Positions 1 to 8,916 of a stretch of 64,000 bases of DNA are shown here, piece by piece. Position 1 is the stretch's first letter, and each line of letters starts with the position of its first letter. The translations under genes and the position numbers were made by a program. Location: contig OZ245838.1 in assembly GCA_965228735.1 (NCBI GenBank), positions 6,400,001 to 6,464,000 of the forward strand, given 5' to 3'. The notes under the pieces were generated by a model. That model had not been told where the DNA came from and ran no database searches. It saw only the letters and a list, made by a program, of their open reading frames with translations. The stretch is from Planctomycetota bacterium. Lineage in GTDB: Bacteria > Planctomycetota > UBA1135 > UBA2386.

Positions 1-772
1 GCTGCACGAGAGGGCCGCGGATCCCGAGGTCACCGCTGCCTGTCTCCACGGGCTCCTCCGCGCGCGGCAGCGGGCGGCTGCGCTCGCGATGGCGCGCGAG
101 GCCGTCGCGGTCGCGCCGGACTTCGCCGCGGGCTGGCTCACGATCGCCACCGTGACGCTCGACACCGGCGAGCTGCGGGCGGCCCGCGAGGCCGTCGCGC
201 GCTGGCTCGAGCTCATGCCGGCGAACTCACCGGGGCGACCGCACGTCTTGCGGCTGCGCGCGTTCGCTTGGGGTGGTGAAGACCCTGCGCTCGCGTCCGA
301 GAGCGCGCTCGGAGCCTTGCTCGGCATGCGCGACGAGCGCGCGGCGCGCCACGCGGTCGGCACGCTCCGGCGCTATTTGCCGCCGGCGCGGCTCGCGGCC
401 GCGTTCGATTCTCTGGGGGTGGACGCCGCCGACCGCGCGCGGGTGCAGCGACTCCTCGGGCCGAGTGACGCCGCAGTGTCGGCCGGGGTGCAGGAGACGC
501 TGCGGCACCACCTGCGCCTCCTGGTCGAGCTCTGCCGCGAGGTCGGCGCCGAGCCGGTCTTCGGCAGCTACCCGAGGGGCGCGAGCGATGCGGTGCGGGC
601 CGTGGCGACCGAACTCGGGGTCACGTTGCTGCCCGTCCACGAACGCTTCGAGCGCGCCCGTCGTGAGCAACCCGCCGCTGCGTTCTTCGTCGCGGACGGC
701 CACTGCAACGACCGCGGCTACGCGTTGATGGCCGAGGTCTTCGCCGAGCACATCACGGCGCGGTCCCGCTGA
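1..772 (+). CDS. TPR-containing SGNH/GDSL hydrolase-like protein, 5'-truncated by window edge
   Basis: Frame is open from the window start. TPR-like helices (AVAVAPDFAAGW...) are followed by a C-terminal D-x-H motif (VADGHCNDRGY) typical of SGNH block V. Confidence 0.6.
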   Translation, partial: LHERAADPEVTAACLHGLLRARQRAAALAMAREAVAVAPDFAAGWLTIATVTLDTGELRAAREAVARWLELMPANSPGRPHVLRLRAFAWGGEDPALASESALGALLGMRDERAARHAVGTLRRYLPPARLAAAFDSLGVDAADRARVQRLLGPSDAAVSAGVQETLRHHLRLLVELCREVGAEPVFGSYPRGASDAVRAVATELGVTLLPVHERFERARREQPAAAFFVADGHCNDRGYALMAEVFAEHITARSR

Positions 773-793
773 CGGGGCGAGCCGGTTGCAGTA

Positions 794-831
794 GTGCCCG
801 CGCCCGCGCCCGCGCCAGCGCCAGCGCCGCG
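794..831. repeat. 6-bp microsatellite-like repeat (GCGCCC/GCGCCA)n between convergent genes
   Basis: gtgccc gcgccc gcgccc gcgcca gcgcca gcgccg. Confidence 0.6.
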
Positions 832-833
832 CC

Positions 834-1982
834 TCATCTGGGCAGGTCGGGGAACGGGATCCGCTCGACCTTCGGCCGGCCCCGGGTCAGGTCGGCGAGA
901 TACACCCCGGCGTGCTCGCGAGGGAGGCCCTGGACCAGCCCCGTCGAGAACGCCGCGACCGTGCGATCCGGCGCGAGCGCCATCGGCGCGAGGAACGCGG
1001 GCGCTTCGTCGTCCTTCTGGACGGGGATCGAGAAGAGCGGCGTCTCGCGCTTGAAGCTGCCGCTGAACGACAGCTCGAGCAGCGCGAACTCGTCGACCTG
1101 GTCCTCGCCGTTCCGGCGGCAGATGCCGGCGACGATCGTCACGCCGTCCTGCTTCCACCCGACGCTGCCGATGCCGAAGTTGCGGGTCTCCTCCACGCCT
1201 ACGCCGAGCGGCAGGCGGGTCTCGATCGCCCCGTCGCGCACGACGATGAGCCCGTGGGAAACCCGCTCGCCGGGACGGTGGGCGGGCAGCACGATGCGCT
1301 GCAGGTCCGGCGAGAAGCTCGGCAGCGCGTACGGGATCCACTCGCTGTCGTCAGGCGCCGCCACGATCGGAGTGCGCTCCAGCGTCTCGGGATCGAGCGT
1401 GCCGATCTCCCACGCGGTGGCCCGCCCCGCCTTCTGCTTCGGCAGCAGCAGGTAGCACAGGCCGTCGCCGCGCCGAGCCACGGCCAGGCTCATGCCCCGG
1501 GGTCCGTCTTCGCGTCGCACCTCGCCGGACTCGAGGTCGAGCCGGACCAGGCCATCGCTGCTGAAGAACAGGTACGGGCCGTGGGCGATCGGCGGCAGGG
1601 CGAGAAGCTCGAACGCGAGGCCGTCGGCGCGCACCTCGAAGCGGCGAGCTTCCGCCTCGGCCGCCTCGGGGTGCACGAGGACCTCGATCTTCGTGTTGCT
1701 GCCGTCCTGCTTGCGGATGACGAGCACCGCGTCGCCCGTCGCGGTCCAGCCGACGATCGGCAGCTGGTTCGTCGGCTCGAAGTCGCGCAACAGGCGGGTC
1801 GTGCGGGTCGCGCGGTCGAGGATCACGACCCCGAGCGTCTTGTTCGGCAGTGCGGTGGCCAAGGCCAGTCGGCGGCTGTCCGGGCTCCAGGCGGGGCGGC
1901 ACGCGAGCGTCACGAGCGCGGTGGCGAGCCCCGCGAGGACGAGGAGGCGGCAGGCAGCGCGCCCGGCGGGGCCGTTCATCAT
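834..1982 (-). CDS. TolB-like beta-propeller lipoprotein
   Basis: Lipobox-like TLAC followed by PD40-like motifs (PAWSPDSRRLA, PSFSPDLQRI, WKQDG, LAPDRTVAAF). Confidence 0.65.
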   Translation of the reverse strand: MMNGPAGRAACRLLVLAGLATALVTLACRPAWSPDSRRLALATALPNKTLGVVILDRATRTTRLLRDFEPTNQLPIVGWTATGDAVLVIRKQDGSNTKIEVLVHPEAAEAEARRFEVRADGLAFELLALPPIAHGPYLFFSSDGLVRLDLESGEVRREDGPRGMSLAVARRGDGLCYLLLPKQKAGRATAWEIGTLDPETLERTPIVAAPDDSEWIPYALPSFSPDLQRIVLPAHRPGERVSHGLIVVRDGAIETRLPLGVGVEETRNFGIGSVGWKQDGVTIVAGICRRNGEDQVDEFALLELSFSGSFKRETPLFSIPVQKDDEAPAFLAPMALAPDRTVAAFSTGLVQGLPREHAGVYLADLTRGRPKVERIPFPDLPR

Positions 1983-2021
1983 GCCCTTGCAGTGGCCGGG
2001 TCCGGACGCGGTCCTGTCGGC

Positions 2022-2678
2022 CTACCCCGTCTTCTTCTTGCCGCCAGCCATCGCGGCGCCGATCGCGGCCGCGATGCCGCCGGCGAGGGTGGTCCAGCCG
2101 AACGGCCAGCCGAGACACTGCAGCGACGTGAGCGCGAACAGCGCGACTTCTTCGGGGACCTCCGGCGTGAGCTTGGCGTAGTGCACGTCCCAGCCCTTCA
2201 CGATCGCGAAGTACTGGATCACCGCGACCGGCGCGCGCGACAGCACGCCGAAGAGCGCGAGGGCGAGCCAGGCGCGCGGCCAGGCGATGAGGGTGAGGAG
2301 GCCGGCGCCGGCCATCACGAGATTGCCGACGAGGAACCACTGCTCCCACTGATCCGGGGTCGAGGGTTCCATCATCATCCGTGACAAGGCCACCCCGCTG
2401 ATGCCGAGCACGAGACCGACGATCGGCAGGCCGAGCGCCAGCCCGATCGACCGCGGCGGGTGGCCGCCGCCGCTGAGCCGGACACCGAACCAGAACCCGA
2501 ACGGCAGCGCGAGCCACGTCACGCCGAGCGGCGAGAGTCCACCGCCCGGTTCGGTCGAGAACACGACGGCGGGCCACCCCTGCAGTTCGCCGACGAGGCG
2601 AACGATGCTGACGATCAGCGCCACGACGCCGGCAACGAGGACGGCAACGAACAGGCTCTTCTGCGGGCGGTCACCCAT
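2022..2678 (-). CDS. hypothetical integral membrane protein
   Basis: About 6 hydrophobic segments. Start set at ATG 2678 (MGDRPQKS), which has CACGAT 7 nt upstream. Confidence 0.7.
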   Translation of the reverse strand: MGDRPQKSLFVAVLVAGVVALIVSIVRLVGELQGWPAVVFSTEPGGGLSPLGVTWLALPFGFWFGVRLSGGGHPPRSIGLALGLPIVGLVLGISGVALSRMMMEPSTPDQWEQWFLVGNLVMAGAGLLTLIAWPRAWLALALFGVLSRAPVAVIQYFAIVKGWDVHYAKLTPEVPEEVALFALTSLQCLGWPFGWTTLAGGIAAAIGAAMAGGKKKTG

Positions 2679-2778
2679 GCCCCGGATCGTGCCGCGCCGG
2701 GCCCCGCGAAGTCCAGCGTGAACGCGGATGCCACGTCGCGTGCTCGCATGATGCGACGCGAGCCGGTACACGGGTGGC

Positions 2779-3744
2779 ATGCGATTCCTCGGGCTCGACG
2801 TCGGCGGGACCAACTGCCGCTACGAGTATTGGCCCGCGGGGTCGGGCGCGAGCGGGCGTGGCGCGGGCGTGCAGCCGGCCGTGCACGGGCTCGATGCGAC
2901 GATTACCGGGCTCACGACCGTGCTGCGTGAGGCCGAGGGCCGCGGCGAGGCGCCGACCGCGGCCGTGCTCGCGATGGCCGGTGCCGGTGACGCGGCGACG
3001 GCGCGGGCGATCGCCGATGGGCTGCGCGCTGCGGGTATCCGCTATCCGGTGCACGTCGTGGGTGACGTGCTGGCCGCGGCGGCCGCCGCGCTGCGGGACC
3101 GGCCGAGCGTGCTGCTATGGTCCGGGACGGGCTCGTTCGCGGTCGCGCGCGGCGGCGATGGTGGCGCTGGCGGCGCTGGCGGTGACGTGCCGGAGTTGCA
3201 TCGGGTCGGCGGGCGCGGCTACCTGCTCGGCGACCAGGGCAGCGGGTTCGACTTCGTGCGGCGCGCAGCCGCCGCGGCGATCCTGGCAGCCGACGACCTC
3301 GGCCCGGCGACGTCGTTGACGAACGAGCTCGTCGCCGCGTTCGACGCGCCGTCGATCGAACGCCTCGGCGCGGTTCTGCAGGGCCTCGATACCGCGACGG
3401 TTGCCGCGCGATTGCCGATCGTGCTGCAGGCCGCCGCCCGCGGCGATGTCGTCAGCAACGAAGTGCTCACTGCTGGCAGCGAGTCGCTGGCGCTGCTCGC
3501 GACCGCGGCGGCGCGGACCGCGGAGCTCGATCCGCGCGGCACGCCGGTGCGACTCGGCGGCGGCGTGTTGCTCAACGTTCCCGCGATCCGTGAGCTCGTC
3601 GCGGCGCGGCTCACGGCGCTCGACTTCACCGTCGGCGAACCCATCGCAGAGAACGCGGCGGCCGTCGGCGCGGCGTGGCTCGCCGCCGGCAGCCATGCGG
3701 GACGGCAACCCGAGTCGGCCTGGATGGAACGTGTCACGCTCTGA
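2779..3744 (+). CDS. BadF/BadG/BcrA/BcrD-type N-acetylglucosamine/MurNAc kinase
   Basis: Motifs LGLDVGGT, SGTGS, RVGGRGYLLGDQGSG and GGGV. Confidence 0.85.
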   Translation: MRFLGLDVGGTNCRYEYWPAGSGASGRGAGVQPAVHGLDATITGLTTVLREAEGRGEAPTAAVLAMAGAGDAATARAIADGLRAAGIRYPVHVVGDVLAAAAAALRDRPSVLLWSGTGSFAVARGGDGGAGGAGGDVPELHRVGGRGYLLGDQGSGFDFVRRAAAAAILAADDLGPATSLTNELVAAFDAPSIERLGAVLQGLDTATVAARLPIVLQAAARGDVVSNEVLTAGSESLALLATAAARTAELDPRGTPVRLGGGVLLNVPAIRELVAARLTALDFTVGEPIAENAAAVGAAWLAAGSHAGRQPESAWMERVTL

Positions 3745-4168
3745 TCTGCCGCTGCGCGACGGCCGCGTGCTGCCGGCCGACTGCTTCCACGTGAGCTTCG
3801 CCCGCGGCGGCGGGCCCGGCGGTCAGCACGTCAACAAGACCGAGACGAAGGTCATCCTGCGCCTCGACCTCGCCGCGGCCGAGGGCGTGCTCGGTCCGAC
3901 CGACGTCGCCCGCATCCGTGAACGCCACGCGGCCCGGCTCGACGCCGACGGTCGGGTGCAGGTGACCGTGAGCGAACATCGCAGCCAGTACATGAACTTC
4001 TCGACGGCGATGGAGCGCATGGCAGGCCTGATCGCGCAGGCGCTCGTCCGGCGGAAGCGTCGGATCGCGACCAAGCCGACGCGCGGCAGCAAGCGGCGTC
4101 GCGTCGAGGCGAAGCGTCAGCGCGGCGAGACGAAGCGTGCTCGCCGCAAGCCGCGGCCCGAGGACTGA
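3731..4168 (+). CDS. arfB: alternative ribosome-rescue peptidyl-tRNA hydrolase ArfB
   Basis: RGGGPGGQHVNKTETKV (GGQ motif), HRSQYMN and a basic tail TKPTRGSKRRRVEAKRQRGETK. The GTG start overlaps the end of the upstream gene. Confidence 0.92.
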   Translation: MSRSDLPLRDGRVLPADCFHVSFARGGGPGGQHVNKTETKVILRLDLAAAEGVLGPTDVARIRERHAARLDADGRVQVTVSEHRSQYMNFSTAMERMAGLIAQALVRRKRRIATKPTRGSKRRRVEAKRQRGETKRARRKPRPED

Positions 4169-4184
4169 GAGCCGCGGCCCGAGG
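4149..4184. repeat. 15-bp direct repeat flanking the arfB stop codon
   Basis: agccgcggcccgagg at 4149-4163 and 4170-4184. Confidence 0.7.
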
Positions 4185-4205
4185 GCCTGCGCTCGGGGTG
4201 TGGTC

Positions 4206-5468
4206 CTACGCGTAGATGCCGCGCATCCGCGTGATCTCCGCCACGCGGTCGACGCCGAGCATGTAGGCCGCGATGCGGTTGCTGACTTCCCACTTGCGGG
4301 CCATCTCGACGACCGCGGCGAACGCGTCGCACATGATGTGCTCCATGCGCTCCTCGATCTCCTTCTGGGGCCAGAACATGCCGATCCGGTCCTGCACCCA
4401 CTCGAAGTAGCTCACCGTGACGCCGCCCGCGTTCGCGAGGATGTCCGGGATGACGAAGATGCCGTTCTCGTCGAGGATCTTGTCGGCGTTGGCCGTACAC
4501 GGGCCGTTCGCGCCCTCGGTGATGATCTTGGCCTTGATGTTCGCCGCGTTGCGGCTCGTGATCACGTTCTCCGTTGCCGCCGGGACGAGGATGTCGACGG
4601 CCAACTCGAGAATCTCCGCGTTGCTGATGCGTTCGCCCTCGTTGAAGCCCTCGAGCTTGCGGTTCTTCGTGAGGTAGTCGCGGATGCCCTTGAGGTCGAG
4701 GCCGTTCTCGTTGTAGAGCCCGCCGTGCACGTCGCTGATCGCGACGACCTTCACGCCGAGCTTCTCGAGCTGGCGCGCGGACACGAGGCCGACGTTGCCG
4801 GCACCCTGCACCGCGGCGGTGCAGTTCTTCGGATCCATGTCCAGGTGCTTGAGCGCCTCGCGCGTGCACAGCATCACGCCGCGGCCCGTCGCCTCGACGC
4901 GGCCGAGCGAACCGCCGAGTCCGATCGGCTTGCCCGTCACGATCGCCGGCGTGAAGCCCTTGGCGTGCATGGAGTAGGTGTCCATGATCCACGACATCAC
5001 CTGGCCGTCGGTACCCATGTCGGGCGCGGGCACGTCGCGGTCGGGGCCGAGCACGTCCAGGATGCCGGCGATGTAGCGGCGGGTGAGGCGCTCGAGTTCG
5101 CCGCGCGACATCTTGAACGGGTCGCAGATGACGCCGCCCTTGCCGCCGCCGAACGGCACGTTGACCACCGCGCACTTCCAGGTCATCCACGCGGCGAGCG
5201 CGCGCACCTCGTCGCGGTTGACGTTGGTTGCGAACCGGATGCCGCCCTTGGCCGGCCCGCGCGCCGTCGAGTGCTGCACGCGGTAGCCCTCGAAGATGGA
5301 CACCGAGCCGTCGTCCATCACGACCGGGATGCTGATCGTGATCTCGCGCTCACAGCTGCGCAGGATGCCGAAGAGGTTCGGATCGAGGCCGAGCCGATCG
5401 GCGGCCTGATCGAAGCGGACCTGCATGGCCGCGAAGGGGTTCTCTTCGCCGGAGGCTTGTGGATTCAT
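4206..5468 (-). CDS. gdhA: Glu/Leu/Phe/Val dehydrogenase (glutamate dehydrogenase)
   Basis: Motifs GPAKGGIRF, PFGGGKGG, DVPAPDMGT, QGAGNVG, EGANGP and PDILANAGGVTVSYFEWVQ. Confidence 0.93.
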   Translation of the reverse strand: MNPQASGEENPFAAMQVRFDQAADRLGLDPNLFGILRSCEREITISIPVVMDDGSVSIFEGYRVQHSTARGPAKGGIRFATNVNRDEVRALAAWMTWKCAVVNVPFGGGKGGVICDPFKMSRGELERLTRRYIAGILDVLGPDRDVPAPDMGTDGQVMSWIMDTYSMHAKGFTPAIVTGKPIGLGGSLGRVEATGRGVMLCTREALKHLDMDPKNCTAAVQGAGNVGLVSARQLEKLGVKVVAISDVHGGLYNENGLDLKGIRDYLTKNRKLEGFNEGERISNAEILELAVDILVPAATENVITSRNAANIKAKIITEGANGPCTANADKILDENGIFVIPDILANAGGVTVSYFEWVQDRIGMFWPQKEIEERMEHIMCDAFAAVVEMARKWEVSNRIAAYMLGVDRVAEITRMRGIYA

Positions 5469-5511
5469 CGTTTGCGCGGCGCTGGGACCTGAGAGAACCT
5501 AACCACACTCC

Positions 5512-6267
5512 GTGTCCGCCAGCAACAAGCCACGTCCAGCTAACGACGACACATTGGCGCTTTTGGGCGTCGATGTCCGCCCCGTGGTCGAGCAGCTCGT
5601 TCACGGTGCCATCGGCAGGACCGTGCGTTGCACCCCGAACCGCCGGACCGTCTTCGTCGATGGCCCGGTCGCGTTGTTCGGGAAGTGGCGGGAGCACGGT
5701 CTCCCGGCGGGGTTCTGGCGCGTCGGCACCGCGGCCGACGCCGCGCGCGAGTGGCACTGGCTGCACGTGCTGCCGCTCATGGGACTGCGGGTTCCCGAAC
5801 CCGTGTGCTGGATCGGCAACCGGTCGCGCTCGTTGCTCGTGACGAACCGCGTGCCGGGTCGCGGCATGGATGCCTGGATGCGGGTCGCCGAACGGGAGGG
5901 CTGGCTGGAGCAGCTCTTCGACTACGTGCTCGAACACGTCGCACCCGCGATCCGGCGCTTGCACGCGGCCGGGGTCGCCTACCGTGACCTCTACTGGAAC
6001 CACGTCTTCGTGTCGGACCCGCGCGCCGGGGACGAGCCGGTGTTTCTGGATGTCGAGCGCGCCTTCCGACCGCTGTGGCGCTGGCGCCGCTGGGTCGTCA
6101 AGGACCTCGCCGGCCTGCTCGCGTCGGTGTCCGTCGAGCTGCCGCCGAGCTGGCCGCTGCGGTTCTTGCGGCAATACACCGGTGGGGCGCGGCTCGATCC
6201 TCGCTGGCTCGCAGCCATCGCGAGCAAGGCGCGGCGAATCCGGGGTCACCAGCCCAAGTTCGGCTGA
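5512..6267 (+). CDS. lipopolysaccharide kinase (Kdo/WaaP family)
   Basis: AAREW, LHAAGVAYRDLYWNHVF, FLDVERA and KDLAGL match the WaaP/InaA kinase pattern. Confidence 0.8.
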   Translation: MSASNKPRPANDDTLALLGVDVRPVVEQLVHGAIGRTVRCTPNRRTVFVDGPVALFGKWREHGLPAGFWRVGTAADAAREWHWLHVLPLMGLRVPEPVCWIGNRSRSLLVTNRVPGRGMDAWMRVAEREGWLEQLFDYVLEHVAPAIRRLHAAGVAYRDLYWNHVFVSDPRAGDEPVFLDVERAFRPLWRWRRWVVKDLAGLLASVSVELPPSWPLRFLRQYTGGARLDPRWLAAIASKARRIRGHQPKFG

Positions 6268-6352
6268 CGTTCGGTTGCGGTTCGGTCGCCGTTCGCGCCT
6301 CCCGAACGGGCTACGGCGTGGCCCAGTGATCTACGACGGGGCGGCTAACGTC

Positions 6353-6414
6353 GGGGCTACGACGCGGGGGGGCTACGACGCGGGGGGCTACGACGCGGGG
6401 GGGCTACGACGCGG
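6353..6414. repeat. tandem repeat CTACGACGCG(G)n, 4 copies, period 16/15/16
   Basis: CTACGACGCG at 6357, 6373, 6388 and 6404, with degenerate copies at about 6311, 6331 and 6345. The 6404 copy contains the stop codon of the PEP-CTERM gene. Confidence 0.85.
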
Positions 6415-6715
6415 TCGTTCCGGGGCGCTCGCGCCGCCGCAGTCGCGCTGTGATCGCGATGCCGAGCAGGCCGGAACCGACGAGGAACAGCGCGCTCGGC
6501 TCGGGCACGGGGGCCGCGCCGTCGCCGCCGGGCTCTCCGCCTGCCTGGTGGCGCGCATCGAGCGCCACGCCGTCCGTCGGCGAGGATGTGTTCTTGCTCG
6601 CCAAGCCTGGCTCCGACGGGATCGTGCTCCGATTCGCAATCGGGCGTGGGGGCGTCTGGGTCGTCGCGGTGGCGACGAGCAGGCAGCAGCAGGCGAGAGA
6701 GACGATGAGCCGCAT
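6404..6715 (-). CDS. small PEP-CTERM sorting-domain protein
   Basis: Signal peptide MRLIVSLACCCLLVATA and C-terminal VPEPSALFLVGSGLLGIAITARLRRR (PEP, TM helix, basic cluster). Confidence 0.85.
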   Translation of the reverse strand: MRLIVSLACCCLLVATATTQTPPRPIANRSTIPSEPGLASKNTSSPTDGVALDARHQAGGEPGGDGAAPVPEPSALFLVGSGLLGIAITARLRRRERPGTTAS

Positions 6716-6905
6716 GGGGCGACGGGAGAGCAGGCGAGCGAAGCTGGCGGAGGGCGAGAACCGCTTCCGGATGTATTGGAATACCGGAAGAATCAGAATG
6801 CGCAAACACGGTCGTGCCGAATTCACGAGATCCTGACCTGGGGGGCTCCCGGAGTGTAGGTCGACCACCGTCCTACAATGTCGTGAGCGGTTTTCGTGGG
6901 ACGTT

Positions 6906-6933
6906 TTGTCCGGGAATCCTCGGAGATTACCAT
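6906..6933 (+). promoter_or_regulatory. sigma70-like promoter of rnpB
   Basis: TTGTCC-16 nt-TACCAT, ending 6 nt before the first base of the RNase P RNA P1 helix. Confidence 0.55.
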
Positions 6934-6939
6934 TCTCGG

Positions 6940-7302
6940 GCCTGGTCTCCGGGCGATCGCCGGCGGCCTCGTGCCGCGGGAGGAAAGTCCGGGCTCCGCA
7001 GGGCGAGGTGGTGGGTAACGCCCACCGTTCGCAAGGACAGGGAAAGTGCCACAGAGAACAGACCGCCGGACGGCCCAACGGGCGACGGTAAGGGTGAAAC
7101 GGTGAGGTAAGAGCTCACCGCGGGCCGGATGACCGGCTCGGCACGGCAAACCCCACCTGGAGGAAGACCGAATAGGAGGATCGCGTCGCCCGCGCCGAGA
7201 TCCTCGGGTAGGTCGTTCAGGTCCGCCGCAAGGCGGGCCATAGAGAAATGATCGTCGCCGTCCCTCGGGGCGGTACCAGAACCCGGCTTACGGAGACCAG
7301 GC
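6940..7302 (+). ncRNA. rnpB: RNase P RNA (bacterial type A)
   Basis: Universal motifs GAGGAAAGTCCGGGCT, GAAAGTGCCACAGA, GGTGAAACGG, GGCAAACCCC and AGAACCCGGCTTA. Terminal P1 helix GCCTGGTCTCC (6940-6950) pairs with GGAGACCAGGC (7292-7302). Confidence 0.97.
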
Positions 7303-7398
7303 ACTTTCTTCTCCCGTTCCCCGGCCCGCCACCCCTTCAACCGTAAGCTTCGCGCGCGACCCGCTGGCGCATTGCGTGGGCCCGCCCGCGGCGGTCGG

Positions 7399-7815
7399 TC
7401 ACCCGCGGTAGCGCTCGAGGATGACGAGCGCGGCGATGCTGTCCGCGTGGTCCTTGCGGCGCTTGGCCTTCAGGCCGCCGGCCTTGAGCCGCGCGTGGGC
7501 TTCGTCCGTGCTGTGACTCTCGTCGACCGTGGTCAGCGGGCACGGCAGCGCCTTGCTGAGCACGTCGCGGAACGCGATCGTCCGCTGCGCCCGGTCGCCG
7601 ACACCGCCGTCGACCGTGAGCGGCATGCCGAGCACCACGAGTTCCGTCTCGCGCTCCTTCGCGAGCTCGGCGATGGCGCGAGCGAGTGCTGCGGGATCGC
7701 GTTCATCGATGCGCGGCAGCGGCAGGGCGATCGTGCCGGTCCAGTCGGTCGCGGCGAGGCCCGTGCGGCTGTCGCCGTAGTCCACGGCGAGGATGCGGCG
7801 CGGTCGGTCGGTCAC
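7399..7815 (-). CDS. ruvX: Holliday junction resolvase-like / pre-16S rRNA nuclease RuvX (YqgF)
   Basis: ILAVDYGDSRTGLA, VVLGMP, VDESHST and DSIAALVILE. The GTG start overlaps the manC stop (GTGA). Confidence 0.92.
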   Translation of the reverse strand: MTDRPRRILAVDYGDSRTGLAATDWTGTIALPLPRIDERDPAALARAIAELAKERETELVVLGMPLTVDGGVGDRAQRTIAFRDVLSKALPCPLTTVDESHSTDEAHARLKAGGLKAKRRKDHADSIAALVILERYRG

Positions 7816-8912
7816 AGCAGGTCGTCCCGGCCTTTGGCGCGGACGTGCTCGACGAACTTCTTGAGTTCGGCGGCGCGATCGCGCGGGCAGACGAGGACGG
7901 CGTCGCCAACGGCAACGACGACGAGGTCCCGGACGCCGAACAGGCAGACCGTGCGGTCGCCCTCGGCGAAGACGAGGTTGTCCTTGCTCTCGAGCGCGAG
8001 GTCCTGCGCGCCGTCGACGAGCAGCGCGTGATTGCCGTCGCCGCGATCGCTGCCGATGTCCGCGAGGGCAGCGAGGCCGCCGACATCGTTCCAGTCGATC
8101 GTCGCGCGCACGACCGCGATGGCCGGCGCGTTCTCCATCACCGCGTAGTCGATCGATGTCTTCGGTGCCGACCGGAATGCCGCGGCGAGCTCGTCGCCGG
8201 TTGCGCCGCCCCCCGAGAAGGCCGTCCGCATCGCTTCGGTTGCGGCGAGCAGCTCGGGGCTCGACTCCTGCATCGCGGCCATGATGCCCCGCGCGCTCCA
8301 GACGAAGATGCCGCTGTTCCACAGCATGCCCGCGGCGACGAACTGCTCCGCGGTCGCGCGGTCGGGCTTCTCGCGGAAACGTTCGGCGTGGAATGCGGCC
8401 GGCTCGCCGTCGTCGAGCTGCTGGCCGGGCTCGATGTAGCCGAACCCCGTCGCCGCGTGGGTGGGGGTGATGCCGAACGTGACGATCGTGCGGTCGTCGG
8501 CCGCGAGGTCGCGACCGCGGCGCACCATCGTGTGAAACGCGTCGGCCGGGCCGAGCACGTGGTCCGCCGGCATGACGACCATCGCGGCGTCGGGGTCCCG
8601 AGCCGCGACCGCGGCAGTCGCGAGCGCGATGCACGGCGCGGTGTCGCGCGCCTCGGGTTCGATGAGGATGCGTCCCTCCGGCAGGTCGGGCACCGCGCGG
8701 CGCACGGCGTCGAGCTGACCGGGGTTCGTCACGAGCCAGACGTTGTCGGGGTCGCAGAGTCCGTCGAGGCGGGCGAGCGTCGCGGCGAGCAGCGGCTGAC
8801 CGTGGGCGAGCGGCAGCACCTGCTTGGGGCGGGCTGCTCGACTCGCGGGCCAGAAGCGGGTGCCGGATCCTCCGGCCATGACGACGGCGTGCAGATTGCC
8901 GGTGGTTGGCAT
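7812..8912 (-). CDS. manC: mannose-1-phosphate guanylyltransferase (no PMI domain)
   Basis: VMAGGSGTRFWPASR..PKQ, EPEARDTAP, PADH, FREKP, WNSGIF, SIDYAVME and WNDVG. Confidence 0.93.
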   Translation of the reverse strand: MPTTGNLHAVVMAGGSGTRFWPASRAARPKQVLPLAHGQPLLAATLARLDGLCDPDNVWLVTNPGQLDAVRRAVPDLPEGRILIEPEARDTAPCIALATAAVAARDPDAAMVVMPADHVLGPADAFHTMVRRGRDLAADDRTIVTFGITPTHAATGFGYIEPGQQLDDGEPAAFHAERFREKPDRATAEQFVAAGMLWNSGIFVWSARGIMAAMQESSPELLAATEAMRTAFSGGGATGDELAAAFRSAPKTSIDYAVMENAPAIAVVRATIDWNDVGGLAALADIGSDRGDGNHALLVDGAQDLALESKDNLVFAEGDRTVCLFGVRDLVVVAVGDAVLVCPRDRAAELKKFVEHVRAKGRDDLL

Positions 8913-8916
8913 CCGG

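Noticed and set aside
3401..3730. N-terminal extension or frameshift fusion of the sugar kinase with arfB
   Set aside because: Both genes are complete on their own, with a simple 14-bp overlap and no slippery site.
6353..6414. Possible mini-CRISPR array
   Set aside because: Units are 15-16 bp and contiguous with no unique spacers, and no cas genes are present.
6814..7340. Several short ORFs on both strands
   Set aside because: They overlap the RNase P RNA gene and its promoter.
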